DNA of 64,000 nt from Acidimicrobiia bacterium. GTDB lineage: Bacteria > Actinomycetota > Acidimicrobiia > Spongiisociales > Spongiisociaceae. The stretch spans positions 32,001 through 96,000 of the forward strand of contig JBFGLM010000006.1 in NCBI GenBank assembly GCA_041576165.1. Direction: 5' to 3'. Made by a program: the position numbers and the translations under genes. Positions 19,176 through 28,500 of this stretch are shown piece after piece. The notes under the pieces were generated by a model, which saw nothing but the letters and a program-made list of their open reading frames with translations, did not search any database and was not told where the DNA came from. Within the stretch, counting starts at the first letter, position 1; every line of letters starts with the position of its first letter.

Positions 19176-20174
19176 ATGGACGCTCCGGCCCTGAAGGACC
19201 TCGTCACCATCCCCGAAGTGTGGGAACGGGTTGAGCGTGTAGAGGTCCGTCTCCTCGATGTGTCCACCTCCGATGACGCCTTTCTCACCAAGGTTGCTCA
19301 GCATCTGATCACCGCCGGGGGCAAGCGATTCCGGCCACTTCTCGCCCAGCTCGGGGCCGAGCTCGGGCCCGATCTCGATGACCGGGCGATCGACGCCGGG
19401 GCGGCGGTGGAACTGATCCACATCGGCAGCCTCTATCACGATGACGTCATCGACGAAGCCGAGACCCGGCGGGGTGCCGTTTCCGTCAACGCCAACTGGA
19501 GCAACACGATTGCCATCCTGGCCGGAGATTTTCTCATGGCCCGCGCCTCCGAGGTGGCGGCCGCCACGCTGGGGCAGGAGGCGGTCAGGTTGCTGGCTCG
19601 CACATATGCCGAGCTGGTCGAGGGCCAGACTCTCGAGCTGCAGTTGACGGACGATCTGACCCATGAGGCCAACGAGTACTACCGGGTGATCGGCGGCAAG
19701 ACCGCCAGCCTGATCCGCACCTCAGCCCGGCTGGGGGCGATGGCGAGCGATGCCGCGCCCGACACCGTCGAGGCGGTGAGCACTGCTACCTGGGAGCTCG
19801 GGATGGTGTTTCAGATCACCGACGACGCCCTCGACCTGGTGGCCACCGAGGAGGTCCTCGGCAAGCCGACCGGTTCCGATATTCATCAGGGCGTGTACAC
19901 CCTGCCGGTGCTCAAAGCCCTGCACGGCCCCGACGGTGAGCGGATTCGTGCGTTGCTCTCGGTCCCCCGGCCCTTCGCCGATGAAACCGTCACAGAGGTG
20001 ATCGGCCTGGTCCGCAACAACGGCTTCGTCGACCAGACTCTCGACGAGTGCGACACCCGCCTCGACGTCGCCGCCGCCGCCATCGCCGTCCTCCCGGAAG
20101 GCCCCGTCCGCGACATCTTCGCCGCGATGGGCCGTTTCCTGATAGACCGCGTCACCATCGCCCGCGACGCGTAG
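19176..20174 (+). CDS. Polyprenyl diphosphate synthase (HepT/IspB family)
   Basis: GGKRFRP, HDDVID..RRG, KTASL, FQITDDALD. Confidence 0.95.
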   Translation: MDAPALKDLVTIPEVWERVERVEVRLLDVSTSDDAFLTKVAQHLITAGGKRFRPLLAQLGAELGPDLDDRAIDAGAAVELIHIGSLYHDDVIDEAETRRGAVSVNANWSNTIAILAGDFLMARASEVAAATLGQEAVRLLARTYAELVEGQTLELQLTDDLTHEANEYYRVIGGKTASLIRTSARLGAMASDAAPDTVEAVSTATWELGMVFQITDDALDLVATEEVLGKPTGSDIHQGVYTLPVLKALHGPDGERIRALLSVPRPFADETVTEVIGLVRNNGFVDQTLDECDTRLDVAAAAIAVLPEGPVRDIFAAMGRFLIDRVTIARDA

Positions 20175-20181
20175 GCGGCAA

Positions 20182-20251
20182 AGCCACAGGCACAGCTACA
20201 GCCGCAGCCACAGGCACAGCTGCAGCCACGGCCACAGGCACAGCTACGGCT
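20182..20251 (+). repeat. Degenerate 6-nt tandem repeat array (GCCACA/GCTACA/GGCACA)
   Basis: agccacaggcacagctacagccgcagccacaggcacagctgcagccacggccacaggcacagctacggc. Confidence 0.85.
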
Positions 20252-20269
20252 GGGGGGTCGACGGATCGT

Positions 20270-20627
20270 GAGGTCAGGCTGGAGGCGCTGGCGATAGCGG
20301 GTCAGAAGCGTTTTGTTTCCTCCGTCAGAGCTGCAAGTTCCACGTATCGCGCCTACTCGAGCAATCGAAGGTCACTCGCAAGGAGTAGGAGGTAGTCCGT
20401 CTCGCTCGCGGAACCGAGGGCGATTCCCAAGAAGTGTGAGAACTCTCGGGCACCTCGTCGAGCGCTGCCCTCTGCAATGTTCGCTGGGATCGATACAACG
20501 GCTCTTCGCAGTTGGTCTGTCAGCCTGTACCCATCTCGTCAGATGGGAACGCCGCCGTCCCCGCGTACGCGGCTTTCACCAGCTCATGGGCAGACTGCCA
20601 GCCCTTGATGGTCCGAAAGTCGCGCAT
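20270..20627 (-). pseudogene. Four-helix-bundle protein (TIGR02436/23S rRNA-IVP family) pseudogene
   Basis: MRDFRTIKGWQSAHELVKAAYAGTAAFPSDE, frameshift, YRLTDQLRRAVVSIPANIAEGSARRGAREFSHFLGIALGSASETDYLLLLASDLRLLE, in-frame TAG, ARYVELAALTEETKR. Confidence 0.88.
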
Positions 20628-20723
20628 GGCGCCCACAATCGCGCCTGGGTACGACAATCCGCGTGGCCCCACTGCAGCTCTGCTCCTCGACGGGCCGATT
20701 ACTCCGGAGCAACAACCCGCCCC

Positions 20724-20773
20724 GGCTGTAGCCGTAGCCCCTCCGGCTGTGGCCGTAGCTGTGGCTGTGGCTA
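20724..20773 (-). repeat. Inverted copy of the 6-nt repeat array
   Basis: ggctgtagccgtagcc...ggctgtggccgtagctgtggctgtggcta; overlaps the lysS stop. Confidence 0.8.
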
Positions 20774-22303
20774 CTCCGGCCGCATGGTGGGGAACAGCAG
20801 CACGTCCCGAATGTGATGGCTGTCGGTGAGCAACATGACCAGGCGGTCGACGCCGATGCCGAGGCCGCCGGTGGGCGGCATGCCGTACTCGAGCGCCAGT
20901 AGAAAGTCTTCGTCGACCGACATGGCCTCTTCGTCGCCGGCCGCCTTCGCCCGCGCCTGGGCCTCGAAACGAGCCCGCTGATCGATCGGATCGTTCAGTT
21001 CGGTGAAGGCGTTTGCGTACTCGGCGCCGGCGATGAACAGCTCGAACCGCTCGGTCAGCTGCGGATGTTCGCGGTGCTCGCGGGCCAGCGGCGATACCTC
21101 TTTGGGATGATCCATGACGTAGGTCGGCTCCCAGATGTGGTCCGCGACCAGGCCTTCGAAGAGCTGATCGATGATCTTGCCCGGGCCCCAGCCGTCTTGC
21201 ACCGCGATGCCGTGCTCGTGCGCCAGGCCGACCAGCTGATCCCGGTTCAGTTCCAGCAGCGCCTCTTGGCTGGTCGCCTCGGCAACCAGATCGACGAGCC
21301 GGGCCCGCCGGTAGGGCGGCGTGAGGTCGATCTCCCGATTTCCGTACGTGATCCGGGTGGTGCCGTGGACGGCCTCGGCCACAGCTGCAACGATCTCCTC
21401 GACCATCGCCATGATGTCGCGGTAGTCGGCGTAGGCCTCGTACGACTCGAGCATCGTGTACTCGGGATTGTGGGTCGCATCGACGCCCTCATTGCGGAAC
21501 ACCCGGCCGATCTCGAAGACCCGTTCCAGGCCACCCACGATCAGCCGCTTCAAGTGCAGTTCAGTGGCGATACGCAGGTACATATCGATGCCCAGCGCGT
21601 TGTGATGGGTCTGGAAGGGGCGGGCGAGCGCCCCGCCGGCGAGGGTTTGCAGCACCGATGTCTCGTATTCGATGTAGCCCCGGGCGGTGAACTGATTCCG
21701 CAGCTCGGCCACGATGCGTGCCCGGGCCTGGGCGATACGGCGCGACTCGTCGTTCACCATCAGATCGAGGTAGCGCCGCCGCGATCTGGTCTCGATGTCC
21801 TGCAGCCCGTGCCACTTCTCCGGCAATGGCCGAAACGCCTTGGCCTGAAGCACGAAATCGCCCACCCGGACGCTCAGCTCGCCCCGCCGGGTGGTCATGA
21901 CCTCTCCCTCGGCCCAGATGAGGTCGCCGCCGTCGAGGTCGCCGAACCGAACGAATTCTTCGTCGCCCAAGGTGCTGGGGTCAACGAACAGCTGAACGCG
22001 TCCCGAGGCGTCTTGCAGGACACCGAAAATCAGCCGCCCGAGCTCCCGGACATTCATCAAACGGCCGGCCACCCGCACTCTCTCGCCGGTTTCGGTCCCG
22101 GGGCCGAGGTCGCCGTATTGCGTGTGCAGCTGCGCCGCAGTGTGCGAGGGCTTGTGGCCCAGCGGGTATGCCTCGGCACCCGTAGCCCGAATTGCCGCCA
22201 CCTTCTCCAGCCGGCGCCTGGTCAACGGATGGTCGGACAGCGCCAGGCCGGGTTCAACTGGCTGTTCCGGGTCGTGGTCGGCAGGCGCGGATTGGTCGGA
22301 CAT
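20771..22303 (-). CDS. lysS: Lysine--tRNA ligase (class II)
   Basis: LPEKWHGL, RRRYLDL, YLRIATEL.LKRL, FRNEG, EYGMPPTGGLGIGVDRL. Confidence 0.98.
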   Translation of the reverse strand: MSDQSAPADHDPEQPVEPGLALSDHPLTRRRLEKVAAIRATGAEAYPLGHKPSHTAAQLHTQYGDLGPGTETGERVRVAGRLMNVRELGRLIFGVLQDASGRVQLFVDPSTLGDEEFVRFGDLDGGDLIWAEGEVMTTRRGELSVRVGDFVLQAKAFRPLPEKWHGLQDIETRSRRRYLDLMVNDESRRIAQARARIVAELRNQFTARGYIEYETSVLQTLAGGALARPFQTHHNALGIDMYLRIATELHLKRLIVGGLERVFEIGRVFRNEGVDATHNPEYTMLESYEAYADYRDIMAMVEEIVAAVAEAVHGTTRITYGNREIDLTPPYRRARLVDLVAEATSQEALLELNRDQLVGLAHEHGIAVQDGWGPGKIIDQLFEGLVADHIWEPTYVMDHPKEVSPLAREHREHPQLTERFELFIAGAEYANAFTELNDPIDQRARFEAQARAKAAGDEEAMSVDEDFLLALEYGMPPTGGLGIGVDRLVMLLTDSHHIRDVLLFPTMRPE

Positions 22304-22479
22304 GGCGCGGCAGGGTAGTCACGCCGAGCTCGCCTCTTGGGGGCAGCGGCGATGGCCGGTCGAGGGGCGATCTCCGGCCGCGCGCTTCTCCATGAATTGC
22401 CTAAAGATCGGCTCAGGGGGCCCGACGGGATGGTCGATAACTAGAACAGTCACACCCACTGTGACTAGTCAAGGGGGAT

Positions 22480-22640
22480 GCCTAGGCGCTGCCTGGGTAC
22501 GACTCGGACGGTTAGCCGTCCGGTGCAGATTTCTCCTTGCGGCTCACCGTCTCCGGACGGGAGGAGACGAAGTCGTACCTACGGCTTCGACACATCTGCA
22601 CGACAGGCCACCGCTCCGGCGGTGGCCTGTCGAGGTTTTG
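22480..22640 (+). ncRNA. Candidate structured RNA (unassigned)
   Basis: Multiple perfect helices including crossing pairs 22496-22504/22571-22579 and 22523-22530/22594-22601; ends in a terminator-like hairpin. Confidence 0.4.
22601..22640. terminator. 14-bp hairpin terminator downstream of folK; U-tract on + strand
   Basis: cgacaggccaccgc-tccg-gcggtggcctgtcg-aggttttg. Confidence 0.75.
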
Positions 22641-22646
22641 GAGGCC

Positions 22647-23618
22647 TCACCACAACCACGGAATCATGCGGCGCGGTGTGGACCTCCGATACGCCCCGTA
22701 GTCCGGGTAGATCCTCTCCAGCCTCCGTTCCTCGAACCGAGCCTTGACCGAGAAGAACGCCGCCGTCACGAGGGCCAGTCCCAGTCCCACCCAAGACCGG
22801 AGTGCTAGAGCAAAACCCACCGCCCCCAGCGAAACCGCTCCGTACAGCGGATGGCGCACCAAGCGATAAGCGCCGCAGGTCACCAAGCGAGCTCCCTCGA
22901 GCGGTTCCGGGAACGGGGTCAGATCCCGACCCAGGGACACCGCGCCACCGGCGCCCAGCGCCGCCCCGGCAATCAGCAAAGCCCCACCAAGTGCCGGCAC
23001 CAGCCCGCCGACCGCAGAAATCTGGTGTCGGTAGGTGATCGAGGTAGCTCCCAACGCTCCCAGCAGCACTGCCTGGGTCGCCACCCACACCCCACCCCGA
23101 GAGCCGGAACCATTCGCGCGTGGTTCGAGCCGGGCCCAGCCGGGACCCTCCATCAGGTCCAGATCCTGATCTGCCACCATCCGGAGCTCGGCCAGCAGAT
23201 CACGGCCGAGCGGATCCACCGCGTCGGGCCATACGGCCAGCAGCGGCTCGAGCACGAAGCGCCGTTCGTGAAAACGGGGGTGAGGCACTGTCAGCTGCTC
23301 AGTGTCGATCACGCGCTCGCCGTAGAGAATCAGGTCGAGGTCGAGAGTGCGGGGTCCCCACCGTACCTCTCGGACCCGACCCGCCGCGGCCTCCACTCCA
23401 TGCAGCGCCCGCAGCAGCTCAGCGGGTCCGAGGTCGGTGTCGAGGAGCACAACTGCGTTGAGGTAGGCCCCCTGATCGGGACCGCCCACCGGTGCCGTCT
23501 CGTACAGCGGCGAGACGGCCACAACGGTGCCGAGCTCCGACAAGCCGGCCAACCCGGTCGCCAGGTGGCGGCGGCGATCGCCCAGGTTCGACCCGATCGC
23601 GACAGCTGTCCGCGTCAT
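22647..23618 (-). CDS. folK: HPPK (FolK) fused to an isoprenylcysteine-carboxyl-methyltransferase/PEMT-like membrane domain
   Basis: IGSNLGDR, RWGPRTLDLDL, PHPRFHERRFVL; then TM helices with LVTCGAYRLVRHPLY and EERRL...YGAYRRST.RMIPW. Confidence 0.92.
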   Translation of the reverse strand: MTRTAVAIGSNLGDRRRHLATGLAGLSELGTVVAVSPLYETAPVGGPDQGAYLNAVVLLDTDLGPAELLRALHGVEAAAGRVREVRWGPRTLDLDLILYGERVIDTEQLTVPHPRFHERRFVLEPLLAVWPDAVDPLGRDLLAELRMVADQDLDLMEGPGWARLEPRANGSGSRGGVWVATQAVLLGALGATSITYRHQISAVGGLVPALGGALLIAGAALGAGGAVSLGRDLTPFPEPLEGARLVTCGAYRLVRHPLYGAVSLGAVGFALALRSWVGLGLALVTAAFFSVKARFEERRLERIYPDYGAYRRSTPRRMIPWLW

Positions 23619-23980
23619 CGTGTCCGTGTGATCGACACCACCACATCGGAGAACGCCACTGTGATCGCCGCATGCGGCTTGTGAACGGACACATCGACGG
23701 CGTTCACACGCGGGTCCTCGAGCACTACATCGGCGATTCGTTCGGCGACGCGCTCGATGAGCTGATGCTGTTCTTTCGCCACCCGATCGTGGATGGCCGT
23801 AGCCATGCGGCCGTAGTCCACCGTGTCGGCCAATTTGTCGGAGGCGCCCGCCGCCGTCAGGTCTGCGTAGATCGTGACATCAACGATGAACACCTGCCCG
23901 GTCTCACGCTCGTCGCCGAAGACGCCATGGTGCGCAAAGACCTTGAGACCACGGAGATGGATCCGATCCAAGGCGCTCAA
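23615..23980 (-). CDS. folB: Dihydroneopterin aldolase
   Basis: HHGVFGDERETGQ.F, DTVDY, LIE, VHKPHA. Confidence 0.96.
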   Translation of the reverse strand: MSALDRIHLRGLKVFAHHGVFGDERETGQVFIVDVTIYADLTAAGASDKLADTVDYGRMATAIHDRVAKEQHQLIERVAERIADVVLEDPRVNAVDVSVHKPHAAITVAFSDVVVSITRTR

Positions 23981-24450
23981 CCGCCCGGGATCAGGGCTCG
24001 GCCCTCAGGTCCAATGGGGCGGCCGATTATCTCCTGGATGACGGCGGCTGCCACGATCTGGTTCTCGATCAAACCGGAATGGACCAGGAAACCTGCCAGG
24101 AGCCCAGCGACGGTGTCGTCGAGGTGATCGCGATGGACCAGCACGACGGCGGCGGCGTCCGACAACAGCTCAGTGAGGGTGCCGAAGATCCGCTTGACGT
24201 CCTCGGGGGTCACTTCACCTTCCAAGGGCTGATGGATGACCGAGAGACCGGCGTCTTCGTAGCTCGCAAGGTTCTGGTTACCGGTCAAGAGTGAGAGCAC
24301 GGTGGTCACGCCGTTCTCACGCAGCCAAGCGATCTCTTCCTCGCGCCGGACGCGCCGGTGCTGGAAACCATGCCCGCCGATACGTTCCGCGACCGCCAGC
24401 TTGCTGGCGATCACCCAAACAAACTGGCGTGGCTTCAACCCCGTCGCCAA
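23977..24450 (-). CDS. Protein-tyrosine-phosphatase-fold protein lacking the catalytic CX5R
   Basis: TTG 24450: MATGLKPRQFVWVI...LRENGVTTVLSL...VLVHRDHLDDTVAGLLAGFL. Confidence 0.7.
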   Translation of the reverse strand: MATGLKPRQFVWVIASKLAVAERIGGHGFQHRRVRREEEIAWLRENGVTTVLSLLTGNQNLASYEDAGLSVIHQPLEGEVTPEDVKRIFGTLTELLSDAAAVVLVHRDHLDDTVAGLLAGFLVHSGLIENQIVAAAVIQEIIGRPIGPEGRALIPGG

Positions 24451-24472
24451 CGATCCCCGTCCCTCTCCGTTC

Positions 24473-25288
24473 TCACGAACGCACGATAGCCTCGGCCACG
24501 CGCCTGGCGTCCTCCGCAGCCCCAACGTTGTGGGCCCGCACGACAAAAACCCCGGCAGCGACCGCCAGTGCAACAGTCGCCGCCGTGGCAACGTCTCGTT
24601 GGTCGACGTCCCGGCCGGTGATCTTCCCGAGGAACGCCTTGCGAGACGTCCCGAGCACGACCGGAAATCCCGTCGCCACGAATTCGTGAATGTGAGAGAG
24701 CAGCGTGAGGTTGTGGTCGATCGTCTTGCCGAATCCGATGCCGGGATCGATCGCGATCGAGTCCCGGTCCACGCCCCCCGCGTGGGCGGCCTCGGCGCGG
24801 CGCAGCAGTTCAGCGAGAACGTCCCGGACTACGTCGTCGTACCGCGGATCGATTTGCATGGTCCGTGGTGTCCCCTGCATATGCATGATGATCAGCCCGG
24901 CGCCTGTGCTGGCCGCCACCCCGACCATGTCCGGGTCGCTCAAACCGGTGACGTCGTTGATGATGCAGGCGCCGGCTTCGAGTGCGGCGGCGGCAACGGT
25001 GGCCTTCGATGTATCGATCGATACCAGAGCCCCTTCGGCTGCCAAGCTTCGAACCACCGGGAGCACCCGGGCCAGCTCCTCATCTGCCGCTACTTCGTTC
25101 GCGCCGGGACGGGTCGATTCTCCGCCCACGTCGAGAATCCGCGCCCCTTCACCCCAGAGGCGCCGGCCGTGTGCGATGGCTGCGTCCGGATCGAGATAGT
25201 CACCCCCGTCGGAGAACGAATCAGGTGTGACGTTGACGATTCCCATGACCAGCGATGACTCGAGGCTGTGCTCACGCACGCGCCACAC
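24473..25288 (-). CDS. folP: Dihydropteroate synthase
   Basis: MGIVNVTPDSFSDGG, DVGGESTRPG, DPGIGFGK, GTSRK. Confidence 0.97.
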   Translation of the reverse strand: MWRVREHSLESSLVMGIVNVTPDSFSDGGDYLDPDAAIAHGRRLWGEGARILDVGGESTRPGANEVAADEELARVLPVVRSLAAEGALVSIDTSKATVAAAALEAGACIINDVTGLSDPDMVGVAASTGAGLIIMHMQGTPRTMQIDPRYDDVVRDVLAELLRRAEAAHAGGVDRDSIAIDPGIGFGKTIDHNLTLLSHIHEFVATGFPVVLGTSRKAFLGKITGRDVDQRDVATAATVALAVAAGVFVVRAHNVGAAEDARRVAEAIVRS

Positions 25289-25295
25289 GCTGATG

Positions 25296-25886
25296 TCACC
25301 TGCCTCCGTTGAGGAGTGAGAAGGCCTCCGCCCGGGTGGCGGCGTTCTCGGCGAAGATGCCGCGAACGGCCGAGGTGATCGTCAACGCGCCCGGTTTCTT
25401 GACACCGCGCATGCCCATACAGAGATGTTCGGCCTCGATCACGACCGCCACCCCGCTGGGTTCGAGCGCCTCCATCAATGCTTCCGCCACCTGGGTCGTC
25501 AGCCGCTCTTGCATTTGGGGACGTTTGGCAAAACCCTCCACCAGGCGCGCCAGTTTGGAGAGGCCGGTCACCTTGCCGTCCGGCATGTAGGCCACATGGG
25601 CCTGGCCGTGGAACGGCAGAAAATGGTGCTCGCACATGGAATAGAAAGGTATGTCACGCACCATGACCAGTTCTTGATGGTTCTCGTCTGAGAACACCGT
25701 GGTTAGTTCCTCGCACGGGTCGTGACCGATTCCCGAGAACACCTCGGTGTACATCTTGGCCACTCGGCGCGGGGTGTTGAGCAAACCTTCGCGATCGGGG
25801 TCCTCGCCGAGGGCAATCAGAATGTCGCGCACCGCGGCCTCGATCCGTCCCAGGTCTGGGCTCCGAAGTTCGTGAACCGTCGCCAT
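25296..25886 (-). CDS. folE: GTP cyclohydrolase I
   Basis: [30 protein letters not shown]. Confidence 0.97.
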   Translation of the reverse strand: MATVHELRSPDLGRIEAAVRDILIALGEDPDREGLLNTPRRVAKMYTEVFSGIGHDPCEELTTVFSDENHQELVMVRDIPFYSMCEHHFLPFHGQAHVAYMPDGKVTGLSKLARLVEGFAKRPQMQERLTTQVAEALMEALEPSGVAVVIEAEHLCMGMRGVKKPGALTITSAVRGIFAENAATRAEAFSLLNGGR

Positions 25887-27811
25887 CAGCGTGCTTCCGA
25901 GCGAGCGGCCGCGACACCGTCTGCGGGCGTTTGCTCCTTCTGAGCCGGTGCCTGAATCCTGCCAGACACGTCGTCATCGGCGTGTTCCCACTTGCGCACG
26001 TCGAAGAAGATCTCCCCGACTTCCTTGGCGCTCACCGTCTCCTGGTCGATCAGGTGCTCCGCAATACGGTGCAGCGCATCCACGTGGGTGGTGAGTATCT
26101 CGCGCGCCTCATCGTGCGCCTGGGAGATCAGTGCCCGGACCTCATCGTCGATGTTGGAGGCGACGTCATCCGAGTAGTCCTGCTGCTGAGAGTAATCACG
26201 CCCCAGAAACACCTCGCCGGTCGACTTGCCATATTTCATGGGACCGAGCTTGTCGCTCATGCCGTAGTCCATGACCATCCGGCGGGCGAGCTCGGTGGCT
26301 TTCTCGATGTCGTTCGAGGCGCCGGTGGTGGGGTCGACGAAGATCAGTTCCTCAGCCGCCCGGCCCCCCATCAGCATCGCCAGCTGATCGATCAGCTCGC
26401 TCTTGCGCATGTAGTTCTTGTCTTCGACGGGCAGCGCCAGCGTGTAGCCGCCCGCTCGACCGCGGGGAATGATCGTGACCTTGTGGATCGGGTCGGCGTT
26501 GGGCAGCGCGAAACCGACGAGCGCGTGGCCGCCCTCGTGGTAGGCGGTGATCTTCTTCTCGGTGTCCGACATGACTCGACTCTTGCGTTCGGGGCCGGCG
26601 ATCACGCGGTCGATCGCCTCTTCCAGTTCGTCCATCGAGATCTTGGTCTTGTTACGGCGCGCGGCCAGGAGAGCCGCCTCGTTGATCAAGTTGGCGAGGT
26701 CGGCACCGGTGAAGCCGGGGGTCTGGCGGGCTAGCACCTCGACGTCGATCTCTTCTTCCAGCGGCTTGCCCTTGGCGTGCACGCCCAGGATGGCCTGCCG
26801 GCCCTTCAGGTCGGGTCGATCAACCACGATTTGCCGGTCGAATCGGCCGGGGCGCAGCAGCGCGGGGTCGAGAATGTCGGGGCGGTTGGTGCCGGCGATG
26901 ACGATGACGCCGCTCGACACGTCGAACCCATCGAGTTCCACCAGCAGCTGGTTCAGCGTCTGCTCACGTTCGTCGTGGCCACCGCCCAGGCCGGCACCAC
27001 GGTGACGCCCGACGGCATCGATCTCGTCGATGAACACGATGGCCGGAGCCTGGGCCTTGGCCTGTTCGAAGAGGTCGCGAACCCGGCTGGCGCCGACACC
27101 CACGAACATCTCGACGAAATCCGAGCCCGAAATCGAAAAGAACGGAACCCCGGCTTCGCCGGCCACCGCCCGGGCCAGCAGTGTCTTGCCGGTGCCCGGC
27201 GGCCCGTACAGCAGCACACCTTTGGGAATCTTGGCGCCCATCGCCCGAAACTTCTGAGGGGACTGCAAGAATTCCTTTAGCTCATGCAGCTCCTCGATTG
27301 CCTCTTCGAGACCGGCTACGTCGCTGAACGTGACCTTCGGTTGATCCTTCGTTACTTGTTTCGCCTTGGCCTTCCCGAACTGCATCACCCGGCTGCCGCC
27401 GCCCTGCATCTGCATGACGATGAACACCATGAAGCCAAGCAGGAACAGCCATGGCAAGAAGCTGATGAAGAAATCGAACAGGGTGGGCGGTTCGGGATCG
27501 GTGACAAAATCGATGTTGTCGTTCGCCAGCAGATCTTCTGTCAGCTGGCCCTCGAATTCGGACGGGTAGTTCGTGGTGAACTCCACCGCACCGTCGGTCG
27601 CCGGGATCGGTTCGCGCAAGGTGCCTTCGATGACGAGCGACTTCTCCAGCAAGGTGACCTTTTCGATGTTGCCCGCCGCCAGCTGGGCCTGGAATTGATC
27701 GAGGCTGAGCTCCTCCGGGGCAACGGCGGTGGTGAACAACCGCTGACCGAGGATGATCAGCAGAAACACCACGAGGCCATATACCAACAGGGTTCGAGAA
27801 GTTCGATTCAC
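25886..27811 (-). CDS. ftsH: ATP-dependent zinc metalloprotease FtsH
   Basis: Two TM helices, [20 protein letters not shown]. Confidence 0.98.
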   Translation of the reverse strand: MNRTSRTLLVYGLVVFLLIILGQRLFTTAVAPEELSLDQFQAQLAAGNIEKVTLLEKSLVIEGTLREPIPATDGAVEFTTNYPSEFEGQLTEDLLANDNIDFVTDPEPPTLFDFFISFLPWLFLLGFMVFIVMQMQGGGSRVMQFGKAKAKQVTKDQPKVTFSDVAGLEEAIEELHELKEFLQSPQKFRAMGAKIPKGVLLYGPPGTGKTLLARAVAGEAGVPFFSISGSDFVEMFVGVGASRVRDLFEQAKAQAPAIVFIDEIDAVGRHRGAGLGGGHDEREQTLNQLLVELDGFDVSSGVIVIAGTNRPDILDPALLRPGRFDRQIVVDRPDLKGRQAILGVHAKGKPLEEEIDVEVLARQTPGFTGADLANLINEAALLAARRNKTKISMDELEEAIDRVIAGPERKSRVMSDTEKKITAYHEGGHALVGFALPNADPIHKVTIIPRGRAGGYTLALPVEDKNYMRKSELIDQLAMLMGGRAAEELIFVDPTTGASNDIEKATELARRMVMDYGMSDKLGPMKYGKSTGEVFLGRDYSQQQDYSDDVASNIDDEVRALISQAHDEAREILTTHVDALHRIAEHLIDQETVSAKEVGEIFFDVRKWEHADDDVSGRIQAPAQKEQTPADGVAAARSEAR

Positions 27812-27972
27812 GTGGTTCCTCTTGCGGACAAATCACTCTGAGCGTGAGCCGAGCGGTGTGGCAGCCATCCAGGTGCCTATCGCACTCCGGAACGCCCGCC
27901 TAACCGTATCAAACCCCGCCAGGGCTGCCCACCATGGTATGGCGATCCTGCGATTATGTAGACCTGCAGGCC

Positions 27973-28500
27973 TCACCGTTCATGCTCTTCGAGCACGCCG
28001 ATGTACGGAACGTTGCGGTATTTCCCGGCGTAGTCCAGCCCGTAGCCGATGACGAAATCGGGCCCAATGCTGAAGCCCATGTACTTCACGTCGATCGACA
28101 CGCTCTGAATCCCCTCTTTCACGAGCAGTGCGGCCACCTCCAGCGTCGCCGGCCGCCGCACCCGAAGGCTCTTGAGCAGGTAGTTGAGGGTTAGCCCCGA
28201 ATCGATGATGTCCTCGACGATGATCACGTCACGTCCCGCGATCTCCTGGTCGAGGTCCTTGAGAATGCGAACGACGCCAGAGGTCTGGGTTGCGGCACCA
28301 TAGGACGACACCGCCATGAAATCGAACTCAACCGGGAGGTCGATCGCCCGCGCGAGGTCGGCCATAACGACGAAAGCGCCCTTCAGCACCGCCACCATCA
28401 GCACATCCCGGCCCTGATAGTCGGCGGTGATGGCCGCTCCCATCTCGGCGATCTTGGCGGCGATCTCCTCTTCCGAGATCAGCACCCGGCCTGCTCTCAC
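27973..28500 (-). CDS. hpt: Hypoxanthine phosphoribosyltransferase
   Basis: GTG 28500 overlaps the tilS stop; VLKGA, SSYG, IVEDIIDSGLTL, FVIGYGLD. Confidence 0.96.
   Translation of the reverse strand: MRAGRVLISEEEIAAKIAEMGAAITADYQGRDVLMVAVLKGAFVVMADLARAIDLPVEFDFMAVSSYGAATQTSGVVRILKDLDQEIAGRDVIIVEDIIDSGLTLNYLLKSLRVRRPATLEVAALLVKEGIQSVSIDVKYMGFSIGPDFVIGYGLDYAGKYRNVPYIGVLEEHER

Noticed and set aside
20182-20773. Repeat arrays as CRISPR
   Set aside because: Contiguous degenerate hexamers with no spacers, and no cas genes in the window.
21065-22318. Long antisense ORFs (also 28540-29865, 13526-14746, 40753-42474, 56175-57446)
   Set aside because: Shadow frames of real high-GC genes, with no family motifs.
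22449-22467. agtcaca-cccac-tgtgact as a CRP site
   Set aside because: Half-sites are everted and spaced differently from TGTGA-N6-TCACA.
22310-22640. Lysine riboswitch or T-box upstream of lysS
   Set aside because: No L-box AGAGG/AAAGG pattern and no T-box GGTGGNACC; G-U pairing favours the opposite strand.
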